IMG/VR virus record: IMGVR_UViG_3300042879_005260
Coordinates: 29,514-93,513 of that record
Source: a virus
Taxonomy: Duplodnaviria > Heunggongvirae > Uroviricota > Caudoviricetes
Reading direction: 5' to 3' (one strand)
DNA: 64,000 bases
The notes below the pieces were generated by a model. The model saw nothing but the letters and a program-made list of their open reading frames with translations. It had not been told where the DNA came from and ran no database searches. Both the position numbers and the translations under genes were made by a program. Shown piece after piece: positions 36,728 through 46,048 of the stretch. Position 1 is the stretch's first letter. Every line of letters starts with the position of its first letter.

Positions 36728-36890
36728 ATTTATAAAACAGAAAATGAAAAATTGGCAAAACATATCGATTAACCATAGTAACCGAATTAGTTCGGAATGT
36801 ATGAGGTGTGTCTTGTCCAGATTTAAGGTATAATTATTTTTATAAAAAATTGGATAACCCACCTCAAGAAATTTGATGGTGGGTTTTTTG
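36728..36890 (+). ncRNA. candidate small RNA (~160 nt) between promoter and terminator
   Basis: TTGATA..TATATTTG promoter at 36692-36721; terminator hairpin 36856-36885 plus T-run; only a 29-aa ORF inside. Confidence 0.3.
36855..36890 (+). terminator. rho-independent terminator
   Basis: aacccacc...ggtgggtt hairpin plus T6. Confidence 0.6.
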
Positions 36891-37006
36891 TTATTTGACA
36901 TATTGGAAATAAATTGGAGAGTTAAGCAGATGCATTGGAGCGTCGACCAGCTTTGAAACCTGGGTCTCGTTAAATTGAGTGGGGGTCGGGTCCTCAGCTC
37001 TCCGCT

Positions 37007-37081
37007 GTGTCTGTAGCTTAGATGGTTTAAAGCGTCTGATTGTGGTTCAGAAGACCGTGGGTTCGAATCCCACCAGACACC
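37007..37081 (+). tRNA. tRNA-His(GUG)
   Basis: acceptor GTGTCTG/CAGACAC; anticodon arm TCTGA-TTGTGGT-TCAGA; T-arm GTGGGTTCGAATCCCAC. Confidence 0.65.
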
Positions 37082-37087
37082 TTATAG

Positions 37088-37159
37088 GGGGGTGTAGCTC
37101 AGAGGCAGAGCAAACTACTGTTAATAGTTAGGCCGAGATTTCAAAATTCTCCATCCCCG
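37088..37159 (+). tRNA. tRNA-Asn(GUU)
   Basis: acceptor GGGGGTG/CATCCCC; anticodon arm AACTA-CTGTTAA-TAGTT; T-loop TTCAAAA. Confidence 0.55.
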
Positions 37160-37165
37160 CAAAAT

Positions 37166-37238
37166 AGTACCGTGTCTGAACGGTTTAGGAACTATCCTGA
37201 TAAGATAGGAAAAGTGGGTTCGACTCCCACCGGTACTA
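37166..37238 (+). tRNA. tRNA-Ile(GAU)
   Basis: acceptor AGTACCG/CGGTACT; anticodon arm CTATC-CTGATAA-GATAG; T-arm GTGGGTTCGACTCCCAC. Confidence 0.65.
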
Positions 37239-37244
37239 CAACAT

Positions 37245-37326
37245 GCATCTGCTCATTGGTGTGACCAACCGGCTCCAACCCGGTAATGCGTAAGCGTGGT
37301 TAAGAGTTCGAATCTCTTCGGATGCG
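37245..37326 (+). tRNA. tRNA with anticodon CCA (Trp?) and long extra arm, atypical
   Basis: acceptor GCATCTG/CGGATGC; anticodon arm ACCGG-CTCCAAC-CCGGT; T-arm AAGAGTTCGAATCTCTT; 82 nt. Confidence 0.4.
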
Positions 37327-37331
37327 CAAAA

Positions 37332-37418
37332 GGAAGATAGGTAAATATTGGTTTGTTACAACATCCTGCTAAGATGTCCCAGGTAAAACTGGTGAGGGTT
37401 CAATTCCCTTGTCTTCCG
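37332..37418 (+). tRNA. tRNA-Ser(GCU), class II
   Basis: anticodon arm ACATC-CTGCTAA-GATGT; long variable arm CCCAGGTAAAACTGGT; CCA encoded. Confidence 0.65.
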
Positions 37419-37424
37419 CCAAAT

Positions 37425-37499
37425 AGTCCCATAGCTCAACGGATTTAGAGTACAGTGCTACGAACACTGCGGTTGAAGGTTCAAATCCTTCTGGGACTA
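37425..37499 (+). tRNA. tRNA-Arg(ACG)
   Basis: acceptor AGTCCCA/TGGGACT; anticodon arm CAGTG-CTACGAA-CACTG; T-arm GAAGGTTCAAATCCTTC. Confidence 0.65.
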
Positions 37500-37540
37500 C
37501 AAACATTTACTAAAAAAAGAAAATTTCATATTATTCAAAT

Positions 37541-38041
37541 ATGATTAAGAAAAATATTAAAAAACATTTTCTTCTTGAAAATAATGTTAATTCTTTAACT
37601 ATAAGTGGTCCTGGTCTTACTCTTGGTCAAAGTCTTAATATTGTTATGAATAATGGGATTGTGTTAACACAACCAATACGTTATTGTTTATCAATACAAC
37701 GTAACCAAGGGGTCAAAAGATTTTATGTTAACCTTTTAAACCCTATATCTTATGTATATAATAACAATTTTAATCGAGAATGGTTACCACTGCATTTAAA
37801 AATTACAGATTCTATTAATTGTGACTCACCCCAAGAATGGTTTCAGGATTGGTTCTTCGATGATCAACAACAAGGTACTTTTTTAACCTTAGAAAAAATT
37901 AACCCTACAGGTGAAATTACTGGTTGTTATAATTTTCACAATTCTTTTTTACAAGAACTCAACAATGAAGTTGTTTTTGATAGATTGGTAAATCCTATAG
38001 AAATTAAGATTAAATACGCTAATATGAATGTTTTGTTTTAA
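37541..38041 (+). CDS. hypothetical protein
   Basis: ORF track 166 aa. Confidence 0.4.
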   Translation: MIKKNIKKHFLLENNVNSLTISGPGLTLGQSLNIVMNNGIVLTQPIRYCLSIQRNQGVKRFYVNLLNPISYVYNNNFNREWLPLHLKITDSINCDSPQEWFQDWFFDDQQQGTFLTLEKINPTGEITGCYNFHNSFLQELNNEVVFDRLVNPIEIKIKYANMNVLF

Positions 38042-39105
38042 ATTCTATCATAAACATCTTCTTCAAAGTAAGGTAGAACTTCTTTTCTACTAGGATATTC
38101 ATCAAACCTTGGAGACCAAAGTTGCCCATTTTCCGTTAACATATTTTCAAATAAACTTTTAAATAGATAAGAGTCAAAATCATGACAATCATCACAATAT
38201 TCTTCAGGATTTTCAACTTTACGGTTATTTAAACAATGTTCAAAACAACCATAAAAATAATCATTAATCACCCCTTCAAATAAGTCAGTAATATCAAATT
38301 TTAAAAAATATTTGGTTCTACCTTTTTCGTTAGTTGTGGTACCCTCAATAGGTTGACCAAATACATCTGTTATGGCTTCTTTTATAGATTTATAAATATT
38401 GTCAGTTGTGGCAACATTATAAGCACTATCATAAGCCCAACCAAACTCTCTTTTTAATTCTAAAAAAGTATCGTCATCATCTATTAAACGACCTAAAGAT
38501 TCTGGGTTTTCTGTTAACCAATTAAAATATTCGTTATCCAATAGACGTTCTTTTCCTCCGGACATTAAATCTTCAACATAATAGATTTCTCTTTTCTCTG
38601 GTAAATTACCAAAAATATCTAATTGTTTTGGGTTGTAATTATCAGGGATAACATATTCTTTTTTAATATGTTTTAAAATATATTCATAAAGTTTATTATT
38701 ACCTACAACACCTTCTAACCAAACATCATTAAACCAACTGCCGTAGGTATCGTTATAAGGTTCCCACCAATTGTTTTCATCACAAAATATTTTTTCAACC
38801 AACCAAGAATTAACTATACCGTATTGGGTTAAATTATCATCATTTTTGAAAAAACCAGTAAAGTCACAAAAACCATCTACCGTCATCATAATTCTATCAC
38901 CTTCTAAATTTATATCACTAAATTCGGAGGCTAGTATTGGCATGATTCTTTTTTTAAGGTTTACACTTTTTGATTTGCCGTAATTTGCACGATACCAAAG
39001 TATGCCAGCCGGAATTTCAACTGTTTCAACATTATCAATTAAATCTCCCACCCAATCAAAATCATCAAATTCTTCTCTCAATATTTTTCTTATAAGGTTT
39101 TTCAT
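38038..39105 (-). CDS. array-associated family member (conserved N-terminal module fused to an unrelated 330-aa body)
   Basis: MKNLIRKILREEFDDFDWVG then unrelated sequence; start abuts distal repeat of mini-array C. Confidence 0.5.
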   Translation of the reverse strand: MKNLIRKILREEFDDFDWVGDLIDNVETVEIPAGILWYRANYGKSKSVNLKKRIMPILASEFSDINLEGDRIMMTVDGFCDFTGFFKNDDNLTQYGIVNSWLVEKIFCDENNWWEPYNDTYGSWFNDVWLEGVVGNNKLYEYILKHIKKEYVIPDNYNPKQLDIFGNLPEKREIYYVEDLMSGGKERLLDNEYFNWLTENPESLGRLIDDDDTFLELKREFGWAYDSAYNVATTDNIYKSIKEAITDVFGQPIEGTTTNEKGRTKYFLKFDITDLFEGVINDYFYGCFEHCLNNRKVENPEEYCDDCHDFDSYLFKSLFENMLTENGQLWSPRFDEYPSRKEVLPYFEEDVYDRI

Positions 39106-39118
39106 ATTTTATAAATAT

Positions 39119-39286
39119 CAGGTTAACATTTTTCGTTTATGGGTCATCTCCAGCTATGCCATTGGTAGCAGAGTGGTCTCTAACGCTGTCAATACCTTTC
39201 GTTTATGGGTCATCTCCAGCCAAAGTTCCCACGTTTTAAAAAGACATGCAGCTGTCAATACCTTTCGTTTATGGGTCATCTCCAGC
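39119..39286 (-). CRISPR. mini-array C: 3 repeats (36 bp), 2 spacers (30 bp each)
   Basis: repeats 39119-39154 (degenerate distal), 39185-39220, 39251-39286 (gene-proximal); spacers 39155-39184 and 39221-39250. Confidence 0.65.
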
Positions 39287-39597
39287 ATACGCACGCATAA
39301 GTCTTTGGTTTCCTGATAGTTAAGACCAAATTTTTGACTTAATTTTGACCAAATTTCATCATAATCAACCCATAAACAAGGGTTTTTTTCATTTCTATCC
39401 ACATTATCCGCCATTAAATTTAGCCCACTTTTATCCTTATATAACATCCAACCTGGATGTTTTTCCGAAGGAACCGCCTTTAAATTGGACATAATTTCAT
39501 AAAGAAATTCTTCAGCGGGGGAAAATTCTTTAATTTCCCCCACCCAATCAAAATCATCAAACTCTTCCCTTAATATTTTTCTTATAAGATTTTTCAT
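39154..39597 (-). CDS. array-associated family protein; 3' end runs through mini-array C
   Basis: MKNLIRKILREEFDDFDWVGEIKEFSPAEEF...CVRMLEMTHKRKVLT; ORF tail is in-frame read-through of repeat-spacer units (each 66 bp). Confidence 0.55.
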   Translation of the reverse strand: MKNLIRKILREEFDDFDWVGEIKEFSPAEEFLYEIMSNLKAVPSEKHPGWMLYKDKSGLNLMADNVDRNEKNPCLWVDYDEIWSKLSQKFGLNYQETKDLCVRMLEMTHKRKVLTAACLFKTWELWLEMTHKRKVLTALETTLLPMA

Positions 39598-39610
39598 ATT
39601 TTATAAATAT

Positions 39611-39844
39611 CAGGTCAACACCTTTCGTTTATGGGTCATCTCCAGCTCAAATCAACTTCAATCAAAGTCCGATTCAGCTGTCAATACCTTTCGTTTATGG
39701 GTCATTTCCAGCACCCTCGCCCGGATTGTTGGAGGTGAAAAGGCTGTCAATACCTTTCGTTTATGGGTCATTTCCAGCCAGCGAATGTGAAGCGTGACAC
39801 CTCCGGTTGCTGTCAATACCTTTCGTTTATGGGTCATTTCCAGC
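39611..39844 (-). CRISPR. mini-array D: 4 repeats (36 bp), 3 spacers (30 bp each)
   Basis: repeats 39611-39646 (degenerate distal), 39677-39712, 39743-39778, 39809-39844; spacers 39647-39676, 39713-39742, 39779-39808; spacers about 50% GC in a roughly 30% GC genome. Confidence 0.7.
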
Positions 39845-41346
39845 ATACGCACGCATAAGTCTTTGATTTCTTGTTCATTAAGACGAAATTCTTGATTTAA
39901 TTTTAACCAAATTTCATCATAATCAACCCATAAATAAGGATTTTCTTTATCTCTATCCGCATCATCCGCCATTAAAGTAACCCCGCTTTTATCCTTATAT
40001 AACATTAAACCTGGATTATTTTCCGAAGGAACCACCTTTAAATTGGACATGATTTCATACAAAAATTCTTCAGCGGGTGAAAATTGTTTGGTGTTACCAA
40101 CTAATTCTTCTGCCCAACCAAAATCATCGGATTCAAATAAATTATTTATAATATCTTGAACTTCTTTTTGGTAGATACCAATTTTTTTAAACTTAATTCT
40201 ACCCGATTCAAGATGTTTTAAAAAATCAATAACATAATAACCAATTTTATGTTTTATACCATTAACTGAGTCTTCCCAGGAAATTATAAAATCATCATAC
40301 CCATCTTCCACTCTTAACTCTTCTATTTTATATTCTTCATTTGGTTTGTTGGTATAATAAAAAATAGAACCTATATAATCTTTTGGGTTTTGAAACTTAT
40401 TTTCTTTATTTTCATATAAACTACTTATTATATCATAAGCGTTTGGTAAATCACCTAAATTTTTTAAAACAAAAAAACCATTATTTAAATATTCAATAAG
40501 GATACTTATTGTCATTGTAGAATATTCTGTCATTGGTTCACCATCTTCATTTAGATCATCAGGGTCTTCCCATTCAATGTCAATTAAGTCAACAGAACTA
40601 TCTTGATCCCAAATACGATATACCACAAATTCTTCAGGGCTATAAAACTCAAATCCAATTAGATTTTCATCTTTTAAAAAATCAAATTTACCTTCCAATA
40701 ATAAAGAATTATTTTTTTCTTTATTTTCTTGAATTTTATTTTTGTTAAATAAATTTTTTAAACCATGGGTACCAACAGCCATAATAATACCACTCAAAAG
40801 TTCTTGAACATTATTAATAGTAAAACCTTTTTCTGTGGTTAAATTTTTAATAAAATCTAAAACCGGAACTGATAAAAATGTAAAACTTAAAATATCTAAT
40901 AAATCGTTAATCATGTAACCAAATTTTTTACCAAATATTTTAAATAAATTGATTGTTTTGGAAATAAAATTTAAAACTGGTGATATTTCTTTTTCAAGGC
41001 CTCTTTCTTTAATCTTATCAACAACCTCATCAATTTCTTCTTTTGGTTTTGATAGGATAATATAAATCGCAACAATTGTTAAAAGTGCAACATCATAATC
41101 CGTAACATTTAAATTTTTATTTTCTAACAAAGATTTAACTGGGCCAATAAAAGCGGAAATACCAACTCCATAAGTCATTATAAAGTTGAAATTACTTTTT
41201 AGCTGTGAAATGATTTCTTTTAACACTGGATTAGTTTTTACATCGAAACCTTTATTAATTATATTTTCATTTAAAGAATTAAGTTTACCTTTAAGATAAA
41301 CCTCTTCTAGTAGTAAATTTAAAGAGATATTAGAAATGTTACCCAT
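39658..41346 (-). CDS. large protein (562 aa) whose C-terminal ~130 aa is the array-associated family domain; 3' end runs through mini-array D
   Basis: ...FESDDFGWAEELVGNTKQFSPAEEFLYEIMSNLK...CVRMLEMTHKRKVLT; N-terminal ~430 aa unrelated. Confidence 0.55.
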   Translation of the reverse strand: MGNISNISLNLLLEEVYLKGKLNSLNENIINKGFDVKTNPVLKEIISQLKSNFNFIMTYGVGISAFIGPVKSLLENKNLNVTDYDVALLTIVAIYIILSKPKEEIDEVVDKIKERGLEKEISPVLNFISKTINLFKIFGKKFGYMINDLLDILSFTFLSVPVLDFIKNLTTEKGFTINNVQELLSGIIMAVGTHGLKNLFNKNKIQENKEKNNSLLLEGKFDFLKDENLIGFEFYSPEEFVVYRIWDQDSSVDLIDIEWEDPDDLNEDGEPMTEYSTMTISILIEYLNNGFFVLKNLGDLPNAYDIISSLYENKENKFQNPKDYIGSIFYYTNKPNEEYKIEELRVEDGYDDFIISWEDSVNGIKHKIGYYVIDFLKHLESGRIKFKKIGIYQKEVQDIINNLFESDDFGWAEELVGNTKQFSPAEEFLYEIMSNLKVVPSENNPGLMLYKDKSGVTLMADDADRDKENPYLWVDYDEIWLKLNQEFRLNEQEIKDLCVRMLEMTHKRKVLTATGGVTLHIRWLEMTHKRKVLTAFSPPTIRARVLEMTHKRKVLTAESDFD

Positions 41347-41378
41347 ATGATATAAATATATGGAATATTGTAGTTTGT

Positions 41379-42092
41379 GTGATATTTATTTATAAATCAA
41401 ATTTAATTATGAAAAATATAATTACACTTAATGAAAATCAACTTGAAAAATTGGTTAAAAAAATTATCCAAGAAAATGATGAAAAAGAAAGCAATCGTTA
41501 TATGTTTTTTTCCAATCTAGAACAAATGCATAGGCAAACAGCAATGTTGTTGGAAATGGATGAAGAAACAATAACAAATATATTGGAAAACGGTCATGAT
41601 TGGGCACAAGACCATATCGCAGAAGCAAAAAATAATATGGACCAAGTTTTCGATTTTTTAATGAACGAAACTAAAGGTGGTGACCACGAGTATGATGACT
41701 ATGATGATGACTATGATGATGACTATGATGATAATGAGATGATGGTTATGGAACCGCAACTAGAATCTTATTTAAGAGAAAATTCTGATAGAATTATAGA
41801 TTTTGATGAATTTGGTTTTACTGAATTACTTCCTATAAATGAAGCTAAAGGTAAGGGTGCTTGTGCTAATAGAGGTTTAAGTAAACCATGGTTAACACCT
41901 GGTGGTCCTAAAAAACGTTCTGTTTGTGTTAAAAACGCAAGTGGTAATGTGGTTAAAGTAAACTTTGGTGACCCAAATATGAGAATAAAAAAGTCTAACC
42001 CAAAAAGACGTAAATCTTTTAGAGCTCGTCATAAATGTAGTAACCCAGGTCCTAAATGGAAGGCAAAATATTGGAGTTGCCGCGCGTGGTGA
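41379..42092 (+). CDS. protein with acidic DDYDDDYDDDYDD repeat and basic Cys-containing C-terminal tail
   Basis: codon-level tandem repeat at 41694-41740; tail ...HKCSNPGPKWKAKYWSCRAW. Confidence 0.4.
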   Translation: MIFIYKSNLIMKNIITLNENQLEKLVKKIIQENDEKESNRYMFFSNLEQMHRQTAMLLEMDEETITNILENGHDWAQDHIAEAKNNMDQVFDFLMNETKGGDHEYDDYDDDYDDDYDDNEMMVMEPQLESYLRENSDRIIDFDEFGFTELLPINEAKGKGACANRGLSKPWLTPGGPKKRSVCVKNASGNVVKVNFGDPNMRIKKSNPKRRKSFRARHKCSNPGPKWKAKYWSCRAW

Positions 42093-42978
42093 TCATCAAC
42101 TCAATACCTTTATAAGATTTTAACTTACCTTTAATAACTTTAGTTATATTTGACCTATCTAAATTATTTTCTTTACAAAATTTAGATAGGTCATTTTTTA
42201 ATATTTCCATAATTAAATTTTTGTTTCTATCGTAAAAATTTACCACTTCAAGATTTAAATTATCATATTCTTGACATTTTGTTAAAATTTTATTGTCAGT
42301 TTGTTGAGTATCTAAAAAACAATAGTAACCTTTATTTCTTTTAATATTTTTTATATGACCCCTTAATGTATTAGTAAAAAAATGTATTTTTAAATTATTT
42401 TTTTCACAAAAATCTTCTAAACTTTTAATTCTTAAAATATTGTTTTGGGCATCAACTAAAACCCAATTCTTTGCTTTATTTTTATTTTGTTCTACTAATC
42501 TAGATGTGTTTTTTTGGCTTATTTTATTTTTATGTTCCTGACTAAATTTTTTACCCTTATTAGACATAATGAATTTTTTAACTTTTTCTTGATATTCCAC
42601 ACTATTTAAAGTTTTTTGCCATTTTTCCGATTTTTTTAAACCGTCAGAAATTATTTTAGATAAACATTCAGACACCATTCGCATCCTGTTTTTTTGACCA
42701 CCACCTAAAATATTGTACCCATTGGGTGTTATAGAGCTTAATTGTTTTATCCAGTAAATTTCTTTTTCATCTAATTCTTCTAAAGTTGAAGCCTTATCTA
42801 TTATTTCCCATTCAAAATTTTCTATACCATATTTTTTTATGGCATTTAAAAACGGCCTATTACTTTTATCAAGTTTTGATTCTTTTAAATGACCTTTAAT
42901 TCTTTTATCTAAATTTCTAATTGTTTGACCAATATAGATTTTGTTATTTATTTTATTTTTAACTCTGTAAATTATCAT
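42052..42978 (-). CDS. GIY-YIG homing endonuclease
   Basis: MIIYRVKNKINNKIYIGQT...R..KGH GIY-YIG motif; 308 aa with extended C-terminal region. Confidence 0.7.
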   Translation of the reverse strand: MIIYRVKNKINNKIYIGQTIRNLDKRIKGHLKESKLDKSNRPFLNAIKKYGIENFEWEIIDKASTLEELDEKEIYWIKQLSSITPNGYNILGGGQKNRMRMVSECLSKIISDGLKKSEKWQKTLNSVEYQEKVKKFIMSNKGKKFSQEHKNKISQKNTSRLVEQNKNKAKNWVLVDAQNNILRIKSLEDFCEKNNLKIHFFTNTLRGHIKNIKRNKGYYCFLDTQQTDNKILTKCQEYDNLNLEVVNFYDRNKNLIMEILKNDLSKFCKENNLDRSNITKVIKGKLKSYKGIELMITTRGNSNILPSI

Positions 42979-43055
42979 GCTTATTGTATATTTATAATAT
43001 AAATATGCATAATTTTTAATGGAGTTATGAATTATGGTAAAAAATTTAAAAATAC

Positions 43056-43517
43056 ATGAAACATATAATTAAAGAAATATTATTACAAGAAGCAAAGAAA
43101 AAAGATGACCGTTGTACCAGGATTGCTAAACGTAAATACGATGTTTGGCCTTCTGCTTACGCATCAGGTGCAGTAGTTAAATGTCGCCAAGGTAAAATTT
43201 GGAAAAATGAAAATTTAGAATATGATGATTTTTTATTGTTTGAAAACGATGAATATGAAAATATTTTAATTGAGGAATCTAAAAAAGATTTTAGTAAAGA
43301 AAAAGAAGAAGGTTTACATGGTTGGTTTGCAAGACAAGGCGGTAGTGGTAAAGGAAAAGGCTGGGTAGATTGTAACACCTGTAGAACCGATAAAAAAACA
43401 GGTAGAAAAAAGTGTAAAACTTGTGGCCGTCAAGAAGGTGAAAAAAGAGCTAAATACCCAAGATGCAGACCAACACCATCACAATGTAAAGGATATAAAA
43501 GACCGGACGAAAGATAA
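43056..43517 (+). CDS. basic Cys-rich protein
   Basis: C-terminal CNTCRTDKKTGRKKCKTCGRQ...CRPTPSQCKGYKRP. Confidence 0.4.
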   Translation: MKHIIKEILLQEAKKKDDRCTRIAKRKYDVWPSAYASGAVVKCRQGKIWKNENLEYDDFLLFENDEYENILIEESKKDFSKEKEEGLHGWFARQGGSGKGKGWVDCNTCRTDKKTGRKKCKTCGRQEGEKRAKYPRCRPTPSQCKGYKRPDER

Positions 43518-43518
43518 A

Positions 43519-45789
43519 ATGCCTTATAGAGTAGATCCTAAAAATAAAAAATGTGTGCAAGTTAAAAAATCGGGCAAATGGCAACGTAAAGGTTGTACAG
43601 ATGGCCCTGTTAAAAAATATCTTGCGGCATTATACGCAAATACCGAAGATATTACTGAATCAACCGAAAATCAATTTGATTGGGTAGAAAATATCATTGG
43701 TAAGATTTCTTTTGGATCTTTTAAAAAACATCTTAAAGAGGGTGATAAAGTTATTTTAAGTGGTGAAATAACTGATGATATGGGTGAAACTTGGTGCTCT
43801 GTAGAAGAAGAACCTTTTTCTGTTGAAGAAATTACAGCCAATAATTCTATATATTTAAAATGGGTCAGAGATGTGAGTGAAAGACCTGCTGATTGGGAAT
43901 CTATAACAAATGATTTTGATGTTATTTATTTTACGAAAGATACCGAAGAATATGATAATAACTTAATAGTTACCATTTTTAAAGACATAAATTTAAACGA
44001 AAATACTGAAAATTCTGAATGGTGGGAAGATGTTATGGAAAATAGATTAAAATTTGGTAACATAAGAAAACATTTGCAAGAAGGTGATATCATAAATTTA
44101 ACCGGTGATTTAAAGGATAGTGACGGCAATATTGAATTGACTTTAAATGAGGAACCTTTTATTGTGGTACGTAATGTAAATGAAGGTAAAATGGTTATAT
44201 TAAGATTTTTAAACTTTTCAAAACCAGATGATTTACCTAAAGGTTGGGATGTTGTTGCAAATCTTGGTAACGGTGATGTTTATTTTAGAAATTTCACCAA
44301 AAAATATGATGATGAACTTATTGTTACATTTAACGATGATAATAGATTAAATGAAAATTTTGAAGATTCTGAATGGTACATGGATATTATAAATGACCCT
44401 GGTAGTGTTTTAAACTTTAAAGGGAAAGAGATTATGATAGATGTTAGAGGGTTATCTTTTGAAGAAAAATTAAGGTTATTAAAAATTATAACACCATATG
44501 TTAATGAAAGTAATATTGAAAGAAACCAAAATAGTTCAGAACAAGATGATTGGGCACCTGAATGTTTATTAAGAAGTACTAGGGTTATGAGTATAAGTTT
44601 ACATTGTGGTACTGAAGAAACTGATTACATACCCGAATCAGGGAACTTTTGTTGTCTTACATATAGTTACGAACATGAAGAAAATACACCAAAAGAACTT
44701 ATTTTACCACTAAATGCTAGAGATATTTTAAATTCATATCATCTAAATGAATCTGATTTTGATTGGATTAATGATCTTTTAGAAAAAAAACCACCTTTTC
44801 CACCACCAAATACTCCGGTAACAATGGATAATTGGGATCAATATAAAACGGTTAAAGTCATTAGGGGTAAAGATTGGGATTGGGGTGATCAAGATAATAA
44901 TGGTTTTGGTAAAATAGTTGGTGAACCTTTTAATGAAACCGAGGGCAATGAATGGTGGATAGAAGTTAAATGGGATAATGGTCACAAAAATAATTATAGA
45001 GTTGGTGAGGTGTATTATGACCTTTATTTTTACACACCAGAAATTTGGATAAAAAATCCTTATGAAAAAAAATTAAATGAATCAAATCGGCATAAAGGTT
45101 TTGTTAATTTAATAAAAGAAGGAAAATATGATAAAATAACTGGTCTTGCTGTTAAAGATATCATGCGTATTTTAAATACCATCACGGAAAAAGATAAAAA
45201 AAAATCTAAATACAGTTTCTCACTACCAAATGATTTAAAACTTAAAAATCAAAATGAATATTACCAAGAAGGCCTGCAATTTGGTATTAATTTGGAAATT
45301 TATTACGTTGATAATTTAAATTCTGGGGAAGATTTCGAAGTTGTTTCGGTTATTACAAAAGATAGATATGTTAGGGATTACGAACAAGAAAATAATATAT
45401 TAATAAAAATCAAAATAAAAAAAGGCACAGATAAAACAATCTTTAATAGAATATACTATAAATTAAATGAAGATATTAGGCATGAAATAGAACATTTTAA
45501 ACAATCAGGGCCTAATTTAATTCCAGGTAGACCAAAGCCAAAAGATTCTAAGTATTTTAAAACAACATTTGGCCATCATAAAAATTTGGCAGAAATACCT
45601 GCTTTAGTTCACGGTTTTTATCGTCGAGCAAAAAAAGAAAAAAAACCTTTAGATGTTGTCATGATAGAAGATTTGGATAAAGAAGTAACAAGAGGTGATA
45701 TAAATTTAAAACAAAAAGAAAAATTATTACAGATTTGGATTGATTACGCGAAACAAAATATCCCAACTGCCATTTACAAAAACTTTTAA
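43519..45789 (+). CDS. large hypothetical protein with C-terminal HExxH module
   Basis: start moved to MPYRVDPKNKK (track ORF overlaps upstream gene); C-terminal RHEIEHFKQ...KKPLDVVMIEDLD homologous to 62195..63178 product. Confidence 0.5.
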   Translation: MPYRVDPKNKKCVQVKKSGKWQRKGCTDGPVKKYLAALYANTEDITESTENQFDWVENIIGKISFGSFKKHLKEGDKVILSGEITDDMGETWCSVEEEPFSVEEITANNSIYLKWVRDVSERPADWESITNDFDVIYFTKDTEEYDNNLIVTIFKDINLNENTENSEWWEDVMENRLKFGNIRKHLQEGDIINLTGDLKDSDGNIELTLNEEPFIVVRNVNEGKMVILRFLNFSKPDDLPKGWDVVANLGNGDVYFRNFTKKYDDELIVTFNDDNRLNENFEDSEWYMDIINDPGSVLNFKGKEIMIDVRGLSFEEKLRLLKIITPYVNESNIERNQNSSEQDDWAPECLLRSTRVMSISLHCGTEETDYIPESGNFCCLTYSYEHEENTPKELILPLNARDILNSYHLNESDFDWINDLLEKKPPFPPPNTPVTMDNWDQYKTVKVIRGKDWDWGDQDNNGFGKIVGEPFNETEGNEWWIEVKWDNGHKNNYRVGEVYYDLYFYTPEIWIKNPYEKKLNESNRHKGFVNLIKEGKYDKITGLAVKDIMRILNTITEKDKKKSKYSFSLPNDLKLKNQNEYYQEGLQFGINLEIYYVDNLNSGEDFEVVSVITKDRYVRDYEQENNILIKIKIKKGTDKTIFNRIYYKLNEDIRHEIEHFKQSGPNLIPGRPKPKDSKYFKTTFGHHKNLAEIPALVHGFYRRAKKEKKPLDVVMIEDLDKEVTRGDINLKQKEKLLQIWIDYAKQNIPTAIYKNF

Positions 45790-45829
45790 AATTTTTATTA
45801 TTATCCTATAATTTTTAATTTTTAAAATC

Positions 45830-46033
45830 ATGGGAAAAAACGCGAAAGAACATCGTAAACGTGTAGAAGCACGTAACCGTAGAATTGAAACTACAAGAAA
45901 TAATTTTAGAAAAAAGTTTCAAGAAGAACTTTTAAAACAAATCGAACACCAAAAAACCCTTCAAAATGAAGAAGGTACCGTTGTTTCTGAAATAAAAAGG
46001 GTTAATCCTGAAATTGAAAATGATGCTGAGTAA
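45830..46033 (+). CDS. small basic protein
   Basis: ORF track 67 aa, Arg/Lys-rich. Confidence 0.35.
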   Translation: MGKNAKEHRKRVEARNRRIETTRNNFRKKFQEELLKQIEHQKTLQNEEGTVVSEIKRVNPEIENDAE

Positions 46034-46048
46034 AAAAAAATTATTATT

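Noticed and set aside
39002-39316. Track ORF 39002..39316 (+) with repeated FRLWVISS.
   Set aside because: It is the antisense translation of the array C repeats. 6337..6684 (-) and 6597..6779 (-) are similarly antisense to the coiled-coil repeat gene.
39611-39844. Arrays as ordinary protein-coding tandem repeats (22-aa units LEMTHKRKVLT plus 11 variable residues). Repeat plus spacer is 66 bp, so arrays C and D stay in frame.
   Set aside because: In array B the spacers are 30, 28, 30 and 29 bp, which breaks the frame, and the ORF stops inside the first spacer. Spacers are unrelated to one another and compositionally foreign. Terminal repeats degenerate in the CRISPR manner. Read-through ORF tails are better explained as incidental.
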